This document shows, in pieces, positions 41,995 to 52,500 of a stretch of 64,000 bases of DNA (its first letter is position 1; every line of letters begins with the position of its first letter). This DNA comes from Monocercomonoides exilis PA203. Lineage: Eukaryota; Protista; Preaxostyla. Position numbers and translations under genes: made by a program. Location: contig LSRY02000002.1 of assembly GCA_001643675.2 (NCBI GenBank), positions 248,001 through 312,000 on the forward strand, written 5' to 3'. The notes beneath the pieces were generated by a model. It saw only the letters and a program-made list of their open reading frames with translations. It did not search any database and was not told the origin of the DNA.

Positions 41995-42634
41995 TTATGA
42001 TGAGAGGCTTGTAATATCAGAATCTCCTTGGTCAATGCAGCACAATGTTCCGACGCGGAAGTATTTACCGCATGCAGTTCCCAATGTAACATTGGCTATA
42101 AAAATGAATTGAAGTATTTTTTAAAACAAACAAACAAACAAACAAACAAAAAAAAGAAAAAAAAAAACATAAATACAATTGCCAGAATTTTGCTAAGCAA
42201 AAACAAACTTCCATTATAATGATGAACTGAGATGCGGGCAAGCATTGCATAATATTCAATCTCAGCTTTGCGCAGAGGTGGGATGTTGCTGCTGATCAGA
42301 ACAACTTTTGCTGTAATAAATAAAATCGATCAAGGTTCAGTTGTTGAATATTTTATAAAATAAGTTTTATTATACAAATAAAGTTATCATAAAAAGTTAA
42401 AATAAGTTCCAAATAATGATTTCCGATCATGCCTTTTCCCTTTCTGATTGTATCAAGAGTTTGTTTATATCCAAGAACATATTTTCCACTCTTAATCATA
42501 AGAGCAATTTTTGAGTTGATACCCTCCTGTTGACGTTTCTAAAATACGTAGCAGCAAGCAAAAAGATTTCCAAAGTCATTAAAAAGGAATAATAACCGTA
42601 TTGAAATACAAACTGTTTTAACGACTTGCGACAT
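41995..42634 (-). CDS. RPL30: 60S ribosomal protein eL30 (not recognisable in the ORF track), 4 exons
   Basis: Exons 42634-42614, 42538-42433, 42310-42209 and 42095-41995 give [109 protein letters not shown]. Confidence 0.96.
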
Positions 42635-43566
42635 GATAAACTAATGCATATAACAAATAGAAGTACAATATTTACGTGTTGTTAACGCTCTTGTTAAAAG
42701 AATGAAAGAAAGCACACTTGATAATCCTGATCAGTTATGGGAACACCCATATATTAAAATTGAGTTAATATCTTCTTTTTATCAGAAATTACATACATTA
42801 TTAATTTGTTTTGAACATAATTTACTAATGTATATTTAATATCCGTTTTTCAAATTGTTTAATTTTATGCCTTTGCACAAAAATTAATATTTTTAACGAT
42901 GATGTTGATGTGAAAGAAAGCAAAATTGAAACTAATTTGCACTTGAAAAAATAGTGAAACATGAAAATACAAAAAATAAATTGTCAAACAATTCATAGTG
43001 ATAGCTGTGTCAAAGTGCTTTCAAATAAATGTTGAAATTCATAATTTTGATGCTCGCATTCAGCTCAATAAACCACAATAACTTCAAAAAATGAATACAG
43101 AAGATGGAAAAGTGCAAGAATATGCACAAACACAGAAACAGGGAGAGATTATTTTGCTCCAACAAACATGAAAGAAAAACTTGAATGGATGAGCAATGTT
43201 AAAATAATCCAGAACAAATGAAACAAAAAAAATAATAACAACATCAAATGAAACTTCTCAGAAAAAAGGAATGGCTTTATTAGAACAAATCAATCAATAC
43301 TCCGAAACGAAAAATCGAAAAAAGAAAGAGCAAAAATTTGCAAAAAACATAAAGCTCTTTTGAAAAATGATGTTCAAAAAGAATAACAAGAAGAAAGAGA
43401 AGAAGAAGACGACGAAAGGAAATCTATTCATTTTCACAATCTTTTTTATTTTGAGCAAATCGGTTGGAAGATTCTTGGCTTTATTTTTGGTTTTCTTGTG
43501 ATTTTGTGCTCTTGACTTTTTTCCAATAGAAATCACAACAAATAAACAGATGCTCTGCTGCCACTC

Positions 43567-46500
43567 TCAACTCTCTGCCATCTCCATTAGCAACTGAATC
43601 ACCTCAGCCAACGAGGGTCTTTCATTTGGCTCATCTGCCCACATCCTCTCCATCAGCTCAACCATTTCTTCTCCTTCGATTCCTTCTGTCAGCGGTCGCA
43701 CCCCATCCCTCATCATCTCCTGTGCTTCTTCTGCACCACACTCGCTCAACGGCACTTCTCCTGTTGTCATCTCATGCAGAATCAGCCCAAGTGAAAACAC
43801 AACTGCCTGCTCAATCCCATCCTCTTCCTCTTCGTTCCTTTCATTCCCCAGCTCTGGTGCCTGCCATCGCTTCATTTCCTCTTTCTGCCTCTCATCCTCC
43901 AATTCCTCTCCCAAGACAAATACTTCATTTCCATTTCCATTTCCTTCCTCAACAAAGATTGAATACGGGCACAATTGCTTCCCCATCATTTCCACCCTTT
44001 CGTCTCCCGCTGAAATCAAATGCTCAAATAGCTCTGCCACTACCAATACCACTTCCCTCCCATCAACAACTTCCATCGCCCTTGTTCCCAGTGTGAAATC
44101 CCCTTCAACAGAATGAATTGTCGAGTACAATGTTTTCAGGTTCTTTTTCTCCTTCTCTCGAAATGGCTTCTTTGCTGATATCACATTGAATGAATGAGAT
44201 TGCGACATCCCAGAAACAGACACATCCTCAGAAAATGGCAATGGCAACTCCAAATCTGGCAGATCATTCTCATTCAACTCTTCGTCAGTCATTGACGGAG
44301 GCTCTGGCAGATCTTCATCGTTATTAATGAGAAGTGGAATTTGGCTCGTCATCCCCACCAGCAAAGTCGATGGCATCTCGCTCATCTCAAAGCTTCCTCC
44401 ATTGTTTTCTCCTCTTTTCCTCTCAATTTTTCCCATCAGAACCATGTTTTCGAAGCTCACTTCCTCAATTTTCTTCTCTGCTTTCTTCAGCCTCTTCCGC
44501 AGAACACACACAACCCCAACAAGTCCCAACACAAATACCACAAAAACAAATGCACATCCAACCAATGCAATTAAACTCCATTCAATCACACTCTTTTTAT
44601 CGGTGCTGCTCCCTTTGTCACTCGCATTTATTTCTCTTTTACTGTCACCTTCGTCTGTTTTGTTGATGTCTTCGTCTGTTGTCGGTGGTTGTGCTTCGTT
44701 GATCACAAATTCATTCGTTTGCGCAATCGAATTGTTGTGCTCATCTCGAAACTGAAGAAGAACAGCAACTTTGCATTCATTTTCCAATTTGCCTTTTGCA
44801 GAGCTGTCAATCAGACATTCCAATGTGTTTTCGTCAATGCTCTTCAGATCTTTCATTGCCAAATCTTCAATCGTTGATATTTCTCCTTCAATCCGATGAA
44901 CCCTCAAAACAGGCGAACAAGGCAGCAAAAGCACACCAATGAATTTCAATTCGATGTCTTTGTTTTCGTTCTCTGATTTTTCAACAGACTTAATCGAAGG
45001 AACAAAGAAAGAAGAGGAAACTTCTGTTATGATTCCTCTGAAAGTGCCATCTTTGTCCAGCACCCAAAATGAGGAGTTGTCCTTCATTCCGTCTCCTCCA
45101 TTCACGCTCTTCACATTCAACGTGCTTCCATCTGAACACAAAATGTTGCGCCGAAGAGAAGGATAGCCTGAAATAGATGGATTGTTGTTCTGAAACATCC
45201 CCATTTCAATCGTTACAGTCGAGTTAGACAGAGAAATGGCTCCTTGAGAGAAGTTCTCAAATGAAGTATCTCTTATATTCACTGTGCTTTCCACAAAGTT
45301 GACTGATGAGCTGTTCCATTCACATACAAAATCAGTTTCTTCGCCAATTTCATCATTTTCATTCACTTTTGAATGAACATCCTGTCTGTTTTTATTTTTC
45401 TTTTCGGAAATCCCACAAAACGAGCTCTTTTCTATTGCAACACTTCCACACGAGGTCAAATCCAAATAGCTTCCTCTTTCGCGCTGCCCGCTGATGTTGC
45501 TAAATACACACGAGTCAATCAGAATGCGGCTGTTCCAACTGGCTGCCTTCACAGCTGATCCTTCCGAATGCTTCAGCTGAACATCCCTCACTTCACACAG
45601 AACCAACTCAAACTGCGTTTCGCCACTTTCATCGGCTGCCTTGTAAAGATTAGAATCAAACTCAAAATTATCCGATTCTTCATTGAAAAGAGAAGAAAGA
45701 GGAGGAGAAGGAGAAGGAGGCAGAAGAGCAAACAAGCTTCCTTCTTCCACAGTCACTTGGCTGATAGAAACTTCTCTCAGCACAAAAGACGCTGCCATTT
45801 CGGCGGCAAATACAGATGAATGTGAAGAAGCAGAAATAAAACTGCTTCTGTCGACTTCCACTTTGCATCCGCTTTCTACAGACAGAATACCACAGCACTC
45901 GAAAATATGCTCAATGTGAATGCCTCCCAGCACAGCCACGCTGCCACCAGACACAGAAATGAGAGAGTTCGCAGATGACTCAAATGAATTGTGAAAAGAA
46001 GAAGAAGAAGAAACCGAATCAGTTGGCGAAATAAAAGAAACAGAGCAGTCTTCTATTCTCAATCCGCTGGCTGTCAGAGACGATGACTCGCACTTGATGA
46101 AATGTGCCGACTGCGAGGCATCGCCCGACACAACAAATAAAGATAGCTCTTTGAAGCTGATACCAAACAACACCACAGCAGCTCCTGAGCAGGCCTCAAT
46201 GAATGAGTGGCCTGCTTCTGGCTCAAATAAAGACAAAGCAAAAGAAGACTGTTCAGATTGCTTTGCTCCAAATGCTGCTGCTGATGGCTGTTGTCTTGAT
46301 GCCTGCAGGCGGATGGCCGAGAACGAAACATTGCTCAAACACAAACAATGACTCTTAACATAAATGACGGTGTTTGCCAACTGCGCTGGCTCTTCTGACG
46401 TGATTGTGCAGTCGCCCAGTGTCAGATTTCCGCTCCTCACCCCAAAGACAGAGCGATGCGCCGAAGCGAAGCTGGGGCCGAAGACGATGTCCATCCCCAA

Positions 46501-49500
46501 AATGCTGCACTCCTCAGACGAAGACACAACACAATCCGCACTTCCATCGGTCTGAGCGATTTCGCAGTTGAACTCAAAAATGGCTGGGATGCCTCCGACT
46601 GTCTGCACTGTCGCTGATGAAATGGCTGTCTCTGCTGAAACAGCTGCCTTCTTCACCACCAGCACATTCTGGTACGGCTCGTTGTTCAGATGCCGCACAG
46701 CCTCGCTGAGTGTCTCACACGGATCTGATCTTTTCCCACAGTCCTTCTCGTTCTTCCCTTTCTCTCCTGACACAAATACCCGCTCTGACTTGTAGAACAC
46801 AATAAATGGCACCAAATCAATTGGCTCCTCGTTTTCTTTATCCATCCCGAAGATAGCATTATTTCTGTCAAAGGCCAACTCGCTGAAGTCCATCACAAAC
46901 AGCGCCTCGTTGATCTGCTCAGCAATCGATCGGCAGACAATGAAAAGATCCTTCCCCACACTCGCTCTGTTCAAAGAAAACCTTGCCAGCCGAAATTTGA
47001 TTGGCAGAGCCTTCGCTTTCTCCGAAGACGGAGCATCTGAATTGTCAGGATCGTCCAGACAATTCAATGCAATTGCGCCTCCTCTGCCTTCACTCGTTGA
47101 GCACGCACATGTCACAAAAGACGACAGATTCGCCAGCACACTGCCTTCATTTGCCCTGCTGTCAGCCAACCCACCTGCCTTCTCCTTCATCCACACACAA
47201 AACGCTCCTCCCAGAAGAGACTCGCTGTTGCAGTCGCTGAATGTCGAGTTGTCCATCGTCAGCTCCACAGACAGCGCGCTCTCATAAGAAATGATCGATG
47301 CCTTCACATTTGTGCTGCGGATGAGATGCCACTGAAGATTCTCCAATCTGATTTCGCTTGCTATCATTTCTTTGTCATTCCCTGATAAACTCGATTCCTC
47401 ATTTCCCTTCTCTTCTGCATCTCCCACAGAAATAAACGATCCATCTGCAAAATTCAGAACATCAACAGAAAATGCGCTTGCCACAAAATGTGCAGCTGGC
47501 GCGGCAAGTCGGATGGCTGATATTGCAAAGGAGAGCTCAGCCATTTTGGACTCTTCAATCGAAAGTGTCCCAGACGAAACATGGAAAAGCACAAACGCAA
47601 TGCCTTCTTCTGCTGTCAGCATCGCAAAGGAGCATTTGTTAAGTGTGGCTGTTCCTGTCTCAGAGAAAAGAAGTTCCTTTTGAGGTGTTTCGAAAGACGA
47701 AGGCAGGCAGAAGTTGATGGAGGTGAATGTGAGCATAAGCTTGTTTGTGAGCACAGCCTCAGAAGGCTCAGAAAGAGATTGAATAGCTTTTCCTAGATTG
47801 ACTGTGCATTCATCTGACGAAGGCTCATCAGAAGAAGAAGAATAACCAGGAGAAGAAGGAACAGATGGGCTTATTGAGCTGTTTGAAAGATCCCACTCGT
47901 CTGAAATGGCAGCACTTGTGTTGATTTTGATTTCTCTGAATTGAATTCCTTCTCTGAAATGCCTCATCCCTTCCCAAAACGACAGACAAGGCTCCTTTTC
48001 TGACCCGCACCCATGGATGTCTCTTCCACTCGACGACACAACAACAGAAGTGTCTGTGTGCTCAAACAGCAGCTTGTCCAAAGATATGCCTTCTGTAAAG
48101 TTCACTTCGTCTGCCCCAAAGAAAGCTGTTGTGTTCTTCCATTCAGTCCAATCAAACATCAACCTTTCAATGACAACAGAGGCATTCAAATCGGAGCTCA
48201 ATATGAACACGTTTCTGCCAACAAATGCTTCATTCTCAGAGAACACCAAATCAGACAAAGAAAATCCGTCGATCGAGTTGCAGCAGCTCAAATACAAAAA
48301 CCCTCCTTTTCCTTCAAAAGTCGAGCAAGTGCAATGACTAACAGAACCTAACTGCTCAGAATTTTCTCCCTTCACACAGAAGCTTCCTTCTGTTCCAAGT
48401 TCAATTTTCATTCCTCCACCTTCCTCACTCAACGCAGATGTCAAATCATCCAAAGAGCAGTTCACAATCGACAGATGCGTCTCAAGCTGAACAGACCCAA
48501 ACGAAGGCTGCTCGTCATACTCGCTCACATGGAGAGATTTGAATTCACAGTTCTTGAAGCTTATTTCAGATGGCTGAGATTCTTGATTGGTTGAAGAGGA
48601 ATAATCATTTTTTGCTTCTGGCGTTGAAGGAATCAGACTGAAAAGTGAGCAAGTTGAAAATGATAAATGTGTAAAGCTAACTCCCTCGAATGAAGCTTGG
48701 GCTGTTTGTGAAATCACAAAAGGCGTAACAGAAAATGAGGCACAATCAGCATGGCATTGAGAAAGCTGCACAACTCCTCCAAAAACGCTGATCAAATGCA
48801 CACAACTCGCTCTATCTTGCGATTCTGAAGAAGTGAGAATGAAAGAGCACGATGAAAATTGGATGTTTCCTGTTTCTGTCAAGGAGGAAAACAACGAAGC
48901 ACCTTCGGGTGTCTCAATAGCAAAAACAGATGGAATATAAAAATCGATCAAAGAAAACGAAAGAGCGGCTGTGGATGAAACAACGCTCCCAAATGCAAAC
49001 TGAACATTGGTGCTGATGTTAATCCCGCAGTTTTCACTGCCAAATGACACAACATTGACTGAGTTGAGTGAAATGTCATTTTCGATTGAGCCATTCGATT
49101 TCACAGTGATCACTCGAAGTGGCACATCTGCACTGCTCTCTGCAAGTCGTTTGACTGAATAGTCAAGCGATTGGCACGGAACATATCTGCTCCCACAAAA
49201 CACCTCGTTCTGCCCTGCTGGCGCCTCAACCAGAACAGATGCACTCACAAAGCCTTCCACAAAAATCATCAGATCAACCGCCTCGTTGAAATACCTCCTG
49301 TCAAACCCAACCAGTGCATTCGTTTTGTCCTCAAATTGCATCGCAAATGCAAACAACTCAGAATTCACACCATTTCTCAAGTCATTCGCCACAATAAACA
49401 TGTCTCTTCCCTGGTGTGCCTTGTTTCCTCCAACACTTATCTCTGCAAATGAATATCTGTCATCGTTGTCTGTTGCACATGTCAAATAGATTCCTCCTCC

Positions 49501-52500
49501 ACATCCTTCAGAACTGCTGCAGATGCTGTTTGTCACTCCCACATTCTTCATTTTCAGCTGTCCATCTGCTCCTTTCAGCTCAAAAGACATCGCTCCTCCC
49601 TTTTTGCATCCTTCTGAGCCGAGTGTCTGGAAAGTGCATCCAACAACTTCAACTTCGTAGCTGTTCTGAAGAGAAAATATCGAAGAACACGGATTCGATA
49701 CTCCATTGTTGATGCTGCTGAATGAAGAAGCGTTCAACAGAAGAACAGCTGTTGATGAATCTTCTCCTTCCTTTTCTTTTTCTCTTTCATTTTTTGGTTT
49801 TTCCACTTCCAACATTTCTATGAAAGATTTCTGTTCCAAATTGACTGATGAGAAATGGCATTCTTCAAACCACAAAACTCCACTTGAGCTGAATGCAAAA
49901 GCAGAGCAGCTGAATGCCATCTCCTCCACCCACACATCACACAGAGACACTTTCCCTTTCATTGCAGCAACCAACTTGAACTTCACAGATTCATCTGTCT
50001 GCTTTTGGAATGTGCATTTCGTCAGACTCAGTCCACTCCCTCCAAAATCTGCTGCATCGTCGCATTCACTCGCAAACAGCACATTCTCATTGATCGAAGC
50101 AGAATTCCCATCCAAAAAGGACGAAGGAATCGAAATAAGAACATCTTCTATTGTGGCACTGCGAGAATTGACAAGCACACCTTTTTGTGAATTGTTCAAA
50201 GTGTTCAGTTTGGAATGAATGGAAAGCGTTGAAGAAGGCAAAGGCGAGTCAGAAAGTGAGTCCAAAGCATTTTGCGATGATATTGTCAGCCCAGAAATGT
50301 CGTGTTCGTCTTCGATGTCTGTTGAGGAGGTTATGATTATTCGCTTGTTGCTGGCGTCTGTGTCAATATGCTTTATGGATGTCCAAAATGAGAAGCATGG
50401 AACATGAGCACCACACCCAACTGAATCCAATCCCTCCGAGCCAACGTTGATTGTGCTTCCCAAATAAGCAAACAGAAACACTGTCAAATCTGTGTTTCCA
50501 TATTTGGTGTCGTTTCCAACAAAGGCGTTGATATTGCCAGCAAAATCAGAGAAATCAAAGTTGAACTTCGAAGTCTTGATGGACGCATTCAATTCTATGC
50601 AAGCGAGGAACATGTTCTCCCCAACTTTTGCTTCGTTCCCAGAAAACGTCAGCTCTTCGAAGTTGAATTCGGCATCACTGCCATCCAAGCAGAGGAATAA
50701 GAATCCGCCCTTTCCGCTGGCTGTGTCGCATGCACAGCTGCTGATGCTGCTCTTCTTCAGAGTGAAAGGCGCCTGAGACGAGGCAGACAGGCAAAGTGCT
50801 CCTCCTTCGAGGGATCCTTCAGAGAGGCATGCGGAGACAGAGCAGTTCGACAGAACAACACCCGCAGCATGTTCAGGCGACAGAAGCGATGCTTTTCCAG
50901 GCAGAACATCCGAAGAAACTGAAGTGACTGAAGAGATCGAGTTGAATGTGCAGTTCAGGAATTTGAATGAATACTCTGAAAAGTCTTCACCAGAAACATT
51001 TCCTTCTCCTTCTGTTTGTTCTGTTTGTGCTCTTGTTGAAGCAGAAACAGAAACAGAAGCAGAAGCAGAAGTCGAATGAAGCAGAGAAGCCTCGTTTGAA
51101 TGTACAACTTTGAAGAGACAATCAGAATGCACACACAAATTCTGAAATGTCGCTGTGTCAAAGGTGAAGTCGACTGAGTCGCTGATTTCCATCAAACCAG
51201 AACCAAAATTGACTGCTGAGTTTGAGCCGAAGCAGCAAGAGACAACAGACAGCACACCAGAAGACACTCCAACAAGAGGAAACGAGAAAGAATAAACATC
51301 ATTTGACTGGGCAAATGAAGAAGATGAATTCAAATAGAAATTGCACGACTCTAATTTTGCTGTTCCACTTTGCGAGGAAATCAGGAGTGTCATGCCATTT
51401 GTGAATGAAGTTGGAACATTGAATGAAACATGAGCCATTTTCATTGTTTTTGTGTTTGTGATGGCAGTTTCTGTTGCCTTTGGAATCGACTGAAGAAAAT
51501 CCACTTTACACTCCTCGCTTTCTTCTGCAGCTGTCAAAATCGAATCAGACAGATCGATTTCTTCTCTAATGAACGAACACTCCTTCACTTTTATCATCAG
51601 CATTCCTCCTCCTCCTTCTTCTTCTGTTGCTTCTGGTGATATCTTTTGCTTCAGACAGAAATCGATCGTTTCACACGGATCATCCAAAGCACCACAGCGA
51701 AACCAGTTGACACCTGTTTGGCTGGTTGGTGCAGATGGGTTGGAATTGATGGCAAAATTGATAGCAGAAGAAGAGGAAGGAGCAATCCCACACGCAAACA
51801 CAACTGTGCTTCTGTATCGCATCGCATCCAGCAGATCAGCATTATTCGACAATGTTGCACTTTCTGCGCCAAAGAACGAGTTGTCTGCATCGAATGCACT
51901 CGAAAACACATCCACATATTTCGACAAATCGGCTGCCTGCGACAACTTCTCGCACTGAATGAACACATCTCTGCCCACCTCTGCCCGGTTGCCTGAGAAA
52001 GTGCACGACTCAAAAAGGAAGTCACTCAAAGTCCCATTCAGAATCAGATAGATGCCTCCTCCTTTGCCTCTGCTGCTGCCTTCATTGCTGCCTTCATTGC
52101 GACCTCTGCTGCTTCCAGCGCTCTCTTTGGCAGCACAGCTGCTGATGTTGCAATTGATCATCTTCATCTCTTCTGAGCCACACACATCCCATCGCATCCC
52201 TCCTCCTTCAGTCGAACTGGCTCCCACACAATCTGTCAAGTTGCACTGCTCAAACACAACTGAGCCTGTCATCAATGGATTTGTCGAAAAAAGTGCATTT
52301 GTGCCTTCGCTTCCTTTGATGTTGGCAAAACTGCACTGAGTGAACGAGGTCTGTGGATTGGCTGTTGAAGATGAAGGTGATGAAGAAGAATCAGAAAAGG
52401 AAGGAGAAATTGGCTTAAATGCAAAGACAGCTGAGCTTCGACTGCTGGATGTGACATTCTGAATTCGAAGAGAAGTCAATTGGGAGCTGATTGAACCCTG

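Noticed and set aside
42311-42432. Intronic C/D-box snoRNA in RPL30
   Set aside because: Only imperfect ATGAT and CTGA boxes in very AT-rich sequence; no identifiable rRNA guide
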